Shown here: piece by piece, positions 9,701 to 23,498 of the stretch | Layout: each line of letters starts with the position of its first letter | Position numbering within the stretch: position 1 is the stretch's first letter | Assembly: GCA_040081625.1 (NCBI GenBank) | Contig: JBEBGD010000061.1 | Span: 1-33,168 of the forward strand | Origin: Chthoniobacteraceae bacterium | GTDB lineage: Bacteria > Verrucomicrobiota > Verrucomicrobiia > Chthoniobacterales > Chthoniobacteraceae | Reading direction: 5' to 3' | Length of the DNA stretch: 33,168 nucleotides | Notes under the pieces: model-generated | What the model saw: the letters and a program-made list of their open reading frames with translations, nothing else | What the model was told of the DNA's origin: nothing | The model's database searches: none | Translations under genes and position numbers: made by a program

Positions 9701-12700
9701 GGGTTTTGAAATCACGCGCGTGCTCGGCAAGTCGGTCGCGCCGCTGCAGGGCGTCTTTCAGCTCAATACGCTCGGCGTCGCGGTCGAGGAGACGACACCG
9801 AGCATCACCTTCGTCGTCGATCGTCCGCGCGACGCGAGCGCCGGGCAGGTGAGCGTGAGCTACACGACCATCGGCGGCAGCGCGCTGGCGGGCGTCGATT
9901 TCGTGCCGGTCAGCGGCACGCTCGCCTTCGAGGACGGCGAGACGCAGAAGACCTTCACCGTGCCGATCATCAACGACACGCAGCGCGAGCTACTCGAGCA
10001 ATTCACCGTGCTGCTCTTCGGCGCGACCGGCGGCGCGACGCTCTCGTCGTTCCGCTCCGCGACGGTGACGATCAACGCAAGCGACCCGACGGCGAGTTTT
10101 GGCAGCTTCCCGAAGACTGTCGGCGTGGGCGGCGGCACGGGCTTCGATTTCGTGAGCGAATCGAGCGGCTTCGCGTTTCTCTACGTCGAGCGCAGCAGCG
10201 GTCTCGGCACGGTGACCATCGACTACGCGACCGTGGATGGCACCGCGAAGGCCGGCGAAGATTACACGCCGGTGACGGGCACGGTGACGCTCGGCCCCGG
10301 CGTCACGACGTTCAATTTCGCGATCACGGTCCCGATCACGCAGGACTCCGACATCGAGGGAGCGGAGGATTTCTTCATCGAGTTCAGCAATCCGACCGGC
10401 GGCGCGGGACTCGAGGGGAGCTTCGGAACGCGCCGCATCGTGATCCCCGACAACGACCCGCTCGAGCATCTCAACGCGGGCCGACTCGACACGACCTTCG
10501 ACACGAATGGGCGCCTCAACACGTCGTTCGACGCGACCGGGCCGGAGTCGGCCTACGCCGTGGCGCGCGACGCGGCGGGCAAGCTCGTCGTAGTCGGCCA
10601 GGCGGGGAGCAACACGGGCATCGCCATCGCGCGCTACAATGACGACGGCTCGCTCGACACGACCTTCAGCGGCGACGGCAAGGCGGTCGTCGATCTCGGC
10701 ACCGCGGGCGAGCGCGCGCTGAATTTGAACATCCGGCCCGACGGAAAAATCCTCGTCTTCGCGCGCGTGTCCGCGCCGCCGGGCGTAACGAATGCGAGCG
10801 CGGCGGTCGTGCGGCTCAATGCCGACGGCACGCTCGACACGAGCTTCGATGGCGACGGAATCGCCACGCTCGCGCTCACCGCGCCGATCACGTTCGTGGA
10901 TGTCGAGTCGGGCGCGGACGGGAAATTCGTCGTGACCGGCCACCAGAGCAGCGGCGTCGACCTCGACCTCGCCGTGCTGCGCTTCACCGCGGACGGCACG
11001 CTCGACACGACATTCAGCGGCGACGGGATGCGCACGTTCGATTTCGGCACGAGCACCGACGTGCCGTATGGCCTCGCGCTCCAGGCGGACGGGAAAATCC
11101 TCATCGCCGCGCAGGCGCAGGACCTCACCTTCGGCGACGACCGCGACAACGACCGCACGATCCGGCTGAACGCGAACGGCACGCTCGACACGACCTTCGC
11201 AAACGGCGGGACATTCAGCGCGCGGATCATGGAGTTCCTCTACCCCGGCGATCCCGACGCGAGCGGCTCGACTTTCTACAGCGGCGTCGCGGTGCAGCCG
11301 GATGGGAAGATCGTGCTCGCGGGGCAGCATTCCGCTCGCGACGTGCCGTCGCTCCAGTTCCCTACGAGTTTCCGCTTCGGGGAAATCGTCACGCGACTGA
11401 ATGCGAACGGCACGCTCGACACGACCTTCGCCGGCACCGGCCACACCTTCATCGAAGCGCCGGCGGACCCGGTCGCGAGCTACCAGCCGCTCTCGCTATT
11501 CTCCCCCGGCATCGCCTTCGACACCGATGGGAAAATCTACGTGCGCGGCACCGCTGGAGGCTCCGGCTTGGTGGCGGTCGCGCGGCTGCTCAGCGACGGG
11601 CGCATGGACATCGGCTTCGGCAAGGGTGGCGTGCAGGCTCTCGCGACGTTTGCGGGCGAGAATTTCGCGAGCAGCCAGGACATCCTCGTGCAGCCGGATG
11701 GCCGCGTGGTGCTCGTCGGCAGCACCGATTTTGCGTCGAGCCTCGCAACGAGCGACACCGCGCTCGTGCGCTTCATAGGCGGGCCGGACTCGGGCGACTT
11801 CCGGCTGCGCTCGAGCGCCTACAAAGTCGCTGAGGACGGCGGCTCGCTCATCGTCGGCATCGAGCGCGTGACCGGCTTCGACGGCGCGGCGAGCGTGACG
11901 CTGACGCAGGAAGACGGCACCGCGCTCGCGGGCCTGGACTACACCCTCACGACGCAGACGCTCACGTGGGGCGCATTCGAGGCGGGCGTGAAGACGGTGA
12001 CGATTCCGATCCTCAACGACGCGCTCGCGCAGGGCGACCTGACCTTCACCGTGAAGCTCACGAACCCGACGAACGGCTCCGAGCTGAGCCCCGTGAACAG
12101 CGCGACGGCGACGATCATCGACGACGAGAACATGGGCGAGTTCAACTTCCGCATCGGGAACTATCGTGCCGACGAAAACGGCGGCATGGCGACGATCACC
12201 GTCGATCGGTTGAAAGGAAAAGGCGGGATCGTGACGGTCGATTACGCCGCGACCGCCGGCGGCACGCCCGCGACGGGCACGGCGACCGCGGCGGACTTCA
12301 CGGCGGTGAACGGCACGCTGACTTTCGGCGACGGCATCACGACGCAGTCCTTCACCGTGCCGCTGCTCGATGATGGCGTGCTCGACTTCGACAAGTCCGT
12401 GAAGCTCGCGCTCTCGGGCAACAGCGCCGGCACCGCACTCGGCGCCGCGAACGCGCGGCTCACGATCGTGGATGACGAGCGCCCGACCGGCGGCGTCTTC
12501 GACTTCAGCGCGGCGGAAACCATCGCGAGCGAAGACAGCACGGGCGTGCTCATCACGATCACGCGCACCGGCGGGATGGGCGAGGCGACGGTCGTCTTCA
12601 CCGCCGCGCCGGGCACCGCGACCGCGCTCGACGACTACGGCCCGGTCAGCGGCACGTTGCTCTTCGAGGCCGGCGTCGTGTCGCAGCAAGTCTTCATCCC

Positions 12701-13211
12701 CATCTTCGAGGACGCGCTGGCCGAGGGCGACGAGACGATCGCGCTCACGCTCAGCGATCCCACCGGCGATCTCGTGGTGACCACGCGCGTGACGCCGACG
12801 CTCGGGCTCGCGAACGCGACGGTGCGCATCGTCGATAACGATCCGGCGCCGCTCGTCGTCGATGGCGGTTTCCTCGAGTTCGCGGTGAACTCCTTCGCCG
12901 ATAGCGAGGAGAAGGGCCGCGTGCAGCTCTTCGTCACGCGCATCGGTGGCATGACGGGCGCGGCAACGGTGGACATCCAGTTCACGCCGGGCACCGCGTC
13001 GGCGGGCGATTTCACTGCGGCGACGATCGCGGTGTTGTTCGAGGACGGACAGCAGGTCGCCGTCGTGAACGTGCCCGTGCGCAACGACCTGCTGGGCGAA
13101 GGCGACCAAGGTTTCACGGCGACGCTCGCGAATCCCGGCGGCAGCGCGTTCCTGGGCGACCGGACGAACGCGAACGTTACGATCCTCGACGACGAGACGC
13201 TCCCGCTGCGC

Positions 13212-16609
<3,398 letters not shown>

Positions 16610-16638
16610 GGCGTCGCACGCCGGGTCGGTCTTTTCCC

Positions 16639-16668
16639 TTGCGGGAAATTCCTTAATCCCGTTAAGGT
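16639..16668 (+). promoter_or_regulatory. Putative sigma70-type promoter of lptD
   Basis: TTGCGG-N18-TAAGGT in an AT-richer intergenic patch, 10 nt before the ATG at 16679. Confidence 0.4.
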
Positions 16669-16678
16669 CCGCGCCTTC

Positions 16679-18985
16679 ATGAGAAATTTGTTCATCTGCC
16701 TCGCGCTCCTGTTTGCCGCCATGCCCGCGGCGCGTGCGCAGTTTAGCAGCTTCGCGGATGTGCCGATCGAGATCAACGCCGAGGAGACCAGGATCGAGGG
16801 AGGCCTCGCCATCGCCGAGCACAACGTGGTCATCCGCTACGGCACGGTGCTCATCTACGCCGACTACGCCCAATACAACCCGGAAACGCGCGACGTGCTC
16901 GTGCAGGGCAATGCGCGCATTTACCGCGACGGCCAGCTCTTCACCGGCGACCGCGCACTTTACAACCTCGAGACCAAGCGGCTCGACGCGGCGGACTTTC
17001 GTGGTGAGTTCACGCCGTTCCGGTTTGCCGGCGAATCGCTCAGCTCGCTGGGGAGCAATGCCTACCTGATCAAGGACGGCATCTTCACCACCTCGGACAA
17101 CTCGAAGGCGGACTACTATATCAAGGCGCGCACGATCCGCGTGTATCCGAAGGACCGCGTCGTCTTCTCGGACGTGACGCTTTACGTGGGCCGCACGCCG
17201 ATCTTCTGGTTCCCGTATGTCTATCAGAGCCTGAACAAGGAGCAGGGCTTCGCGATCACGCCCGGCTATACCTCGAAATGGGGCGCCTACCTGCTGAGCA
17301 CCTACACCTTCCCGCTCGGCGAAGGCTGGTCGGCCCGGCTGCGGCTGGACCTCATGGCCGACCGCGGCGTCGGTGGCGGCTTCGAGAGCGATTGGGCGAA
17401 TGGCAAAGCTGGGCGCGACTGGGGGCGCTTCCGCTTCTACGGCATCAATGACCAGCAACCGGGCACGAACCGCACGGGGCTCAGCCGCGAGGAGATCGAT
17501 CACGGGCGCTACCGCATGACGCTCCAGGCGCGCCAATACATCACCGAGGACATCTATGCGTCGGTGGATATCAACAAGCTCTCCGATGCGCGCGTGCTTG
17601 AGGACTTCGACGAGGGCACCTTCCGCAAGAACCCGAACCCGGATAACTCGATCGCGCTCACGTATTGGAACGAAGACTACACGGTCACGCTGCTAGGGCG
17701 GCAGAATCTCAACGACGACAACTTCGACGGCACCGAGCGGCTGCCCGAAGCCGCGCTCGACATCAAGCGCCAGCCCTTCCTCAAGCTGCCTGTCTATTAC
17801 GAAGGCGAGACGAGCGCCGGCTTCCTCCGGCGCAACTACTCGGACCAGTCGCTCTTTCAGGACTACGACACTTTCCGCGCGGATAGCTTCCATCAGTTCA
17901 CGCTGCCGCTTTCGATCAAGGACAAGGTCTCGATCATCCCGCGTATCGGTGTGCGTGGGACCTATTACTCGGACTCTGGCCGCTTCTTCGACGACGAGGT
18001 GACGCGGACGGTCCAGGAGGAGATGAAGAACGAAGCGACCGGGCTGACGGAGGTCACTCAGCGGGAAGTGACGACCACCGAGCGGAGATTGGAAGGCGGC
18101 GGCTCGATCTTCCGACCGGTCTTCAACGCCGGCATCGAGGCGAGCTTCAAAGTCTCGAAAGCCTACGAGCAGGTGCAGTCGCGCGCCTGGGGGCTCGACG
18201 GCCTGCGCCACGTAGTCCAGCCGTGGTTCAATCTCGGCTATACCTATTCGGGCGAAGACCCGGTCAACATCCTCCAGTTCGACCGCCTCAACCGCTCGAC
18301 CGAACTGCCGCCCATCGATTACCCGCAGTTCAACTCCATCGACTCGATCGACAGCGGCACCATCCTGCGTCTCGGCACCCGCCAGCGCTGGCAGACGCGC
18401 CGCGACAACCAGACGATCAACTGGCTGGAGTGGAACACCTACTTCGACGCCTTCCTCGACCGGCCCGACTACGGCTTCAGCGCGATGTCCGACGGTGGCA
18501 GCTTCTCGAACCTCTACAACCGCGTGAGCTGGACGCCGCTGGCGTGGCTCAATGTCGCGGTCGATTCGCAACTGCCGGTGCTCGACGAAGGCTTCACCGA
18601 GGTCAACACGCGGGTGAGCTTCATGCCATATCAGGACCTGCGGCTCTCCGTCGGCAATCGCTACCTCAACGGAAATCCCCTCTTCCTCGACTCGAACCTC
18701 CTCGACTTCGGCGCCTACGTGCGCATGGGCGATCACTGGGCATTCAGCCTGCGCGAGAGCTACGAAATCGAAGACAGCACGCTCGAAAGCCAGCGCTACG
18801 AACTGCATCGCGATCTCTCGAGCTGGGTCGCCAGCCTCGGCTTCACCATCCGCGACAACCAGGGCAAGGCAGACGATTACGGCCTCCTCCTGACCTTCAC
18901 CCTCAAGGACCTGCCCGGCGTGCGCCTGCCCCTGAGCGTCGATCCCGAAGGTCTCGCCGGCGGCAGCTCCGGCAAGAGCAAGTAG
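16679..18985 (+). CDS. lptD: LPS-assembly outer-membrane protein LptD
   Basis: Signal peptide (…ARA-Q), an OstA-like jellyroll N-terminus ('IEINAE…IYADYAQYN…GNARI…GDRALYNL'), 'PIFWFPY', 'GFAITPGY', 'ERLPE' and 'RHVVQP', followed by an amphipathic beta-barrel; 768 aa. Confidence 0.88.
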   Translation: MRNLFICLALLFAAMPAARAQFSSFADVPIEINAEETRIEGGLAIAEHNVVIRYGTVLIYADYAQYNPETRDVLVQGNARIYRDGQLFTGDRALYNLETKRLDAADFRGEFTPFRFAGESLSSLGSNAYLIKDGIFTTSDNSKADYYIKARTIRVYPKDRVVFSDVTLYVGRTPIFWFPYVYQSLNKEQGFAITPGYTSKWGAYLLSTYTFPLGEGWSARLRLDLMADRGVGGGFESDWANGKAGRDWGRFRFYGINDQQPGTNRTGLSREEIDHGRYRMTLQARQYITEDIYASVDINKLSDARVLEDFDEGTFRKNPNPDNSIALTYWNEDYTVTLLGRQNLNDDNFDGTERLPEAALDIKRQPFLKLPVYYEGETSAGFLRRNYSDQSLFQDYDTFRADSFHQFTLPLSIKDKVSIIPRIGVRGTYYSDSGRFFDDEVTRTVQEEMKNEATGLTEVTQREVTTTERRLEGGGSIFRPVFNAGIEASFKVSKAYEQVQSRAWGLDGLRHVVQPWFNLGYTYSGEDPVNILQFDRLNRSTELPPIDYPQFNSIDSIDSGTILRLGTRQRWQTRRDNQTINWLEWNTYFDAFLDRPDYGFSAMSDGGSFSNLYNRVSWTPLAWLNVAVDSQLPVLDEGFTEVNTRVSFMPYQDLRLSVGNRYLNGNPLFLDSNLLDFGAYVRMGDHWAFSLRESYEIEDSTLESQRYELHRDLSSWVASLGFTIRDNQGKADDYGLLLTFTLKDLPGVRLPLSVDPEGLAGGSSGKSK

Positions 18986-18999
18986 GGCGCATTCCCCGC

Positions 19000-19092
19000 G
19001 GTTTGAGGTCTCGAGTCTCGAGTTTCGGGTTGCCCGCCCTCAAGAGCCCGAGACCCGAAACCCGAAACCCGAAACCCGAAACCCAAATCCCC
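19000..19092. repeat. Two inverted arrays of 7-bp tandem repeats forming a long imperfect hairpin
   Basis: Left arm: ggtttga-ggtctcg-agtctcg-agtttcg-ggtt (19000-19031). Right arm: gagcccg-agacccg-aaacccg x3-aaaccca-aatcccc (19044-19092). The units of the two arms are reverse complements. Confidence 0.9.
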
Positions 19093-19147
19093 CTTGCCGG
19101 CGCGCCCCCTCTGGCTTTTCATCCGCGCTCTTTTCCTCAAAACTCAT

Positions 19148-20473
19148 ATGGATCTCTGCATCATCGGTTCCGGCTACGTCGGCCTCGTCTCAGGCGCCTG
19201 CTTCGCTGAAGTCGGCCACCACGTCGTCTGCGTCGATAACGACCAGCGCAAAGTGGACATGCTCCAGCGCGGCGAGATCCCGATCTACGAGCCCGGCCTC
19301 GAGGAACTCGTCCACCGCAACGTCGCCGCCAAGCGCCTGCGCTTCACCAACTCCATCGAAGACGGCGTCGATCACAGCCAGATCGTCTTCATCGCCGTCC
19401 CCACCCCGCCGCAGGCCGACGGCTCCGTCGATCTCTCCTTCATCGAGCGCGTCGCCCGCGAGATCGCCGGCGTCCTCAAGCCGGGCGAATACCGCGTCGT
19501 CGTGGACAAATCGACCGTCCCCGTGAAGACCGGCGAGAAGGTCGCCGACACCATCAAGCGCTACAACAAGGGCGCCGAGTTCGACGTCGTCTCGAACCCC
19601 GAATTCCTCCGCGAAGGCTGCGCCGTGCCGGACCTCATGAACCCCGACCGCGTCGTCATCGGCAGCGCTTCGCAAAAGGCGACCGACCTCATGAAGCGCG
19701 TCTATGAGCCCTTCCAGGCGCCCATCCTCGTCACCGACGTGAACAGCGCCGAGCTGATCAAGCACGCCGCCAACTCGTTCCTCTCGCTCAAGATCAGCTA
19801 CATCAACGCCGTCTCCGCCATCTGCGAAGCCGCCGGCGCCGACGTGGAAATGGTCGCCGACGGCATCGGCACCGACAAACGAATCGGCCGCAACTTCCTC
19901 AACGCCGGCCTCGGCTACGGCGGCTCCTGCTTCCCGAAGGACGTGAAGGCCTTCATCGCCATTGCCCGCCAGCTCGGCACGCCCTTCGCGCTTCTCGAGG
20001 AAGTCGAACGCATCAACGCCACGATGCTCACCCGCTTCATCGACAAAGTCCGCGGCGCCCTCTGGGTGCTCAAGGACAAGAAGATCGCCGTCTGGGGCAT
20101 GACCTTCAAACCCGACACCGACGACGTGCGCAACTCCGTCGCGATCGAGCTCATCAACACCCTCGTCGCCGAAGGCGCGCACGTGACCGCCTACGACCCG
20201 AAGGGCGCCGAGAAAGCCGTCGAGTGGAAGCTCGTCGATCCCGCCAAGGTCAAGATCGCCAGGACTCCGCTCGACGCGTGCGAAGGCGCCGAGGCGCTGT
20301 TGCTCGCGACCGAGTGGAAGGAATTCACCTGCGTCGATTTCGCCGAAGTGAAGAAGAAGATGCACACCCCGCTCGTCTTCGACGGCCGCAACCTCTTCGA
20401 CCCGCAGACCATGGCCGACCTCGGCTTCGAGTATCACGCCGTGGGCCGGCCGCAGGTCAGGAAGGGCGCGTAA
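19148..20473 (+). CDS. ugd: UDP-glucose 6-dehydrogenase (UDP-glucose/GDP-mannose dehydrogenase family)
   Basis: Motifs 'IIGSGYVGL', 'PIYEPGL', 'KSTVPV', 'SNPEFLREG', the catalytic 'GYGGSCFPKD' and 'FKPDTDDVR'. The ATG at 19148 is preferred over the TTG at 19094. Confidence 0.96.
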   Translation: MDLCIIGSGYVGLVSGACFAEVGHHVVCVDNDQRKVDMLQRGEIPIYEPGLEELVHRNVAAKRLRFTNSIEDGVDHSQIVFIAVPTPPQADGSVDLSFIERVAREIAGVLKPGEYRVVVDKSTVPVKTGEKVADTIKRYNKGAEFDVVSNPEFLREGCAVPDLMNPDRVVIGSASQKATDLMKRVYEPFQAPILVTDVNSAELIKHAANSFLSLKISYINAVSAICEAAGADVEMVADGIGTDKRIGRNFLNAGLGYGGSCFPKDVKAFIAIARQLGTPFALLEEVERINATMLTRFIDKVRGALWVLKDKKIAVWGMTFKPDTDDVRNSVAIELINTLVAEGAHVTAYDPKGAEKAVEWKLVDPAKVKIARTPLDACEGAEALLLATEWKEFTCVDFAEVKKKMHTPLVFDGRNLFDPQTMADLGFEYHAVGRPQVRKGA

Positions 20474-20537
20474 ACACCGCACTCGCGGCTTCGTCGAAAT
20501 TACCGGCTTCGCGGGCATCACTTCGAGCGAATGGCGG

Positions 20538-21683
20538 CTACTTCTTCTCGAACACGAACGCCTTCTTCGCCGCCTGCTCGCGCACGGCGCCGGCAACGGC
20601 CACGTCGAGGCGCTTCTCGTTGCCCTGCTCCTTTTGCTTCGAGGCGACGAACTGATCGCGGTCGTCCGTCAGCTTCCGAAGTTGCACCTGGATCTCGTCG
20701 CGCTCCTTCTGCTTCTCCGCGACGAACGCTTCGCGCTTCTCCGGCGCGAGCTTGCGCAGCGGCTCGGGCAGCTCGGCGTCCTTCGCCTTCGCGAGATCGA
20801 GCTTCTTTTCCTTTACCGCGTCGAGCAGATCCCACGCGGAGTTCGAGTAGTTTCCAGACGCCTTCGTCTTCGCGCGCTCGGCGGTCACCGACGGTGCTGC
20901 GGGCGCTAGCGCTGCATTCGCGTCCTGCTGCGCCTGTCGCGCCACGCCTGCCGCGCCGTGCACCCCGTAGGCGAGATACGTTCCGTTCAGCTTCGCGTTC
21001 AGCTCGGCGATCGTCTTGTCCTGCGGCGCGTCGATCCGCACGAGCTGCGCGTTCCCGTTGATGCTCATGAACTTCCCATCCGCGAGCTTCGCGCCGTCGA
21101 GCCACTTGCCGCCGACGCCGTCGTTCTCCGGGCCGCAGTGGATCGTGTTCACGATGATCCCGCGCTCCACCGCCGTCTTGCACGACTCGGAGTAAAGCAC
21201 CGGGCCTTGCGTGAACGGCTCATTTCCCGCGATGAAGATCGCCTTATAGACTTTCGCCGAGGCATTCCACGCCAGGTCGCGCGCGGCGTCGCGGATCACC
21301 CAACCGCAGTATTCGTCGCCCCCACCGGTCTTCAGCGCGAAGAGCGACTCGCTGATCCTGTCGAGGTCGTCGGTGAGCGGCGCGACCAGGCGCACGTGGC
21401 CGCTCTGCGCGGGAAGGCCGCTGTTTCCGTATTCGTAGAGCGCCACCTGGACGCGCGGCGTTTTGCCGTCCTGTTTCGCGGCGATGAATTCATTCACGAT
21501 CTGCCAGAGCTGCGTCTTCGCCTGCGCGATGAGGCCGTCCATCGAGTTCGATGTGTCGAGCAGGATGGCGAGCTGCACGAGCGGCTTCTCCTCCGCAGGC
21601 GGCGGCGCGCCTGCGCGTGATGTGGTGGTGAAGGCGAGCGCCGCGAGCGCGGCGACGATGCGGGTGAGAATTTGTGTTTTCAT
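20538..21683 (-). CDS. Secreted VWA-domain protein
   Basis: Sec-type signal (MKTQILTRIVAALAALAFTTTSRA), MIDAS motif 'LLDTSNSMDG', plus 'GGDEYCG', 'IFIAGNEPF' and a helical, charged C-terminus. Confidence 0.88.
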   Translation of the reverse strand: MKTQILTRIVAALAALAFTTTSRAGAPPPAEEKPLVQLAILLDTSNSMDGLIAQAKTQLWQIVNEFIAAKQDGKTPRVQVALYEYGNSGLPAQSGHVRLVAPLTDDLDRISESLFALKTGGGDEYCGWVIRDAARDLAWNASAKVYKAIFIAGNEPFTQGPVLYSESCKTAVERGIIVNTIHCGPENDGVGGKWLDGAKLADGKFMSINGNAQLVRIDAPQDKTIAELNAKLNGTYLAYGVHGAAGVARQAQQDANAALAPAAPSVTAERAKTKASGNYSNSAWDLLDAVKEKKLDLAKAKDAELPEPLRKLAPEKREAFVAEKQKERDEIQVQLRKLTDDRDQFVASKQKEQGNEKRLDVAVAGAVREQAAKKAFVFEKK

Positions 21684-21748
21684 CGGCGCAACGGTGCATC
21701 AACGCGCAGCACGATGTGTCAGCGCCTCGTGCCGCATTCGTCAAAGAA

Positions 21749-21777
21749 TTGTAGCCCGGCGCAAACCCTGTCACGTT
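21749..21777 (+). promoter_or_regulatory. Putative sigma70-type promoter of the glycan-modification cluster
   Basis: TTGTAG-N17-CACGTT with a TGn extension, 11 nt before the ATG at 21789. Confidence 0.3.
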
Positions 21778-21788
21778 CCGCCACCGCG

Positions 21789-22535
21789 ATGCCGGTCTTC
21801 ATCCTCACCTATCACCGGTTGCCTGCCGCCCCCCGGACCCCGCGGGATTTCTACGACGTGCCGCCGGCCGCGCTGCCGCTGCATCTCGATGCACTCCGCA
21901 CCCGCGACATCGCCCCGCTCGATCCCGGCCAGATTCCCGACGGCACCACCGGCTACCTGCTCACGTTCGACGATGGCACACGCGATCACTTCGACACCGT
22001 CCTGCCTGTGCTGCGCGAACGCGGCGAGCGCGGCATCTTTTTCATCCCGACGGCGAAGATCGGCGGCGAGGGCCGGCTCACCCGCGACGACGTCCGCGCG
22101 CTCGCCGATGCCGGCCACGTCATCGGCTGCCACAGCCACGACCACGCCCGCCTCGACACGCTCGAGACCGCGGGCGTGCGCGCGCAGCTTGCGACCTCGC
22201 TCGGAATCCTCCGCGAGATCACCGGCCGCGAGGCGCTCTGGTTCGCACCGCCGGGTGGATTCACTAATCGAGTCGTGCTGAACGTCGCCGCCGAACTCGG
22301 TCTGCGCGCGGTGCGCACGATGCGATGGGGCCGCAACGAAACGCTCCGCCCGCACCGGCTCGAGTGCCTGCCGCTCAATCACGCCATCCCGCCCGAGCGC
22401 TTCGCGAAAATCCTCGACGCCCGCGGCCTCGCTTGGTTGAAGGCGCTCTACCTCGGCAAACAGATGATCAAGGCCCTCCTCCCGATGCGCGCATACGAAA
22501 GTGCGCGCGCGACCGTCTTTCGCCGCGGCTCTTGA
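21789..22535 (+). CDS. Polysaccharide deacetylase (CE4/NodB family)
   Basis: Motifs 'ILTYH', 'LTFDDG', 'GCHSHDH' and 'FAPPGG'. The ATG at 21789 avoids overlap with the divergent VWA gene. Confidence 0.9.
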   Translation: MPVFILTYHRLPAAPRTPRDFYDVPPAALPLHLDALRTRDIAPLDPGQIPDGTTGYLLTFDDGTRDHFDTVLPVLRERGERGIFFIPTAKIGGEGRLTRDDVRALADAGHVIGCHSHDHARLDTLETAGVRAQLATSLGILREITGREALWFAPPGGFTNRVVLNVAAELGLRAVRTMRWGRNETLRPHRLECLPLNHAIPPERFAKILDARGLAWLKALYLGKQMIKALLPMRAYESARATVFRRGS

Positions 22536-22583
22536 AATGGATTCGCCCCCGACTTTGCAACACGAACAACTCCGCGCCCGGCC

Positions 22584-23498
22584 ATGAAGTGGCTGGCCAA
22601 GGCGCTCGCCATCAAGACGCTCTCGTCGCTTCCGGGCGGTGCGACTCTCTACAATTGGGGACAGAAACACGTCACTCGCTCTCTCGACCCGTCGCCTCCG
22701 CGCGTGCGGCAGAAGATCGATGTCGCGATGCGCTATCTCGACGCCCTCTCGCGCCTCGGCAGCCCCCTGGACTTTTCCACGACGACGCACATCGACGTCG
22801 GCTCAGGCTGGCACCCGACCATCCCGCTGTTCTTTTTCGCGTGCGGTTGCGAACGCCAGTGGCTCTTCGACGTCGCGCCGCTGCTGGATGCCGGCCTGTT
22901 GCAAAAGACCGTCGCCGCGGTCCGCACGGTGCTCACGGACGAAGGTCATCCCGCGCACGCCCGCGTGAAGCGGCTGCCGTCGGTGCGCGACGCCGCCGCG
23001 CTGGAGGAAGCGTTGCGAGATCTCGGGATGACCTACACCACGCCCTACGACGATGTGCTCGGGGCTATGTCCGGGACGGCGGACCTCATCACCTCCACCC
23101 AGGCGCTTCAGCACGTCGATCGCGAGATCATGCGCGGCATCTTCGGGCGTGTCTTTCGTGCGCTCAAACCAGGCGGTCATTTCCTCGCGACCGTCCACTT
23201 GAAGGATCTCTACGCGCCGCTTGGCGGCAGCGGGCCATACAATCATCTGCGTTTCTCGCCGGCAATGTGGAGGGCGTGCGTCAACTCGCGCCTCATTTCC
23301 TTCAACCGGCTCAAGGCGCCGGATTTTCGCGAACTGCTCGAGGCTGCGGGGTTCGCGCTGCCACACTTTGAAGTCGAGCACGCCACCGCGGACGACCTCG
23401 CGAAGCTCGATCTGATCCCCGTCCATTCATCATTCGCGCGCTACTCGCGCGAAGACCTCGCAGCCAGGCACCTCTTCTTCGTCGCGCGCAAACCCTGA
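22584..23498 (+). CDS. Class I SAM-dependent methyltransferase
   Basis: Motif I 'IDVGSGW', plus 'DLITSTQALQHV' and 'RALKPGG'. Confidence 0.85.
   Translation: MKWLAKALAIKTLSSLPGGATLYNWGQKHVTRSLDPSPPRVRQKIDVAMRYLDALSRLGSPLDFSTTTHIDVGSGWHPTIPLFFFACGCERQWLFDVAPLLDAGLLQKTVAAVRTVLTDEGHPAHARVKRLPSVRDAAALEEALRDLGMTYTTPYDDVLGAMSGTADLITSTQALQHVDREIMRGIFGRVFRALKPGGHFLATVHLKDLYAPLGGSGPYNHLRFSPAMWRACVNSRLISFNRLKAPDFRELLEAAGFALPHFEVEHATADDLAKLDLIPVHSSFARYSREDLAARHLFFVARKP

Noticed and set aside
19000..19092. Possible CRISPR array or classical rho-independent terminator
   Set aside because: The units are 7 bp with no unique spacers and no cas genes, and no U-tract directly follows the stem.
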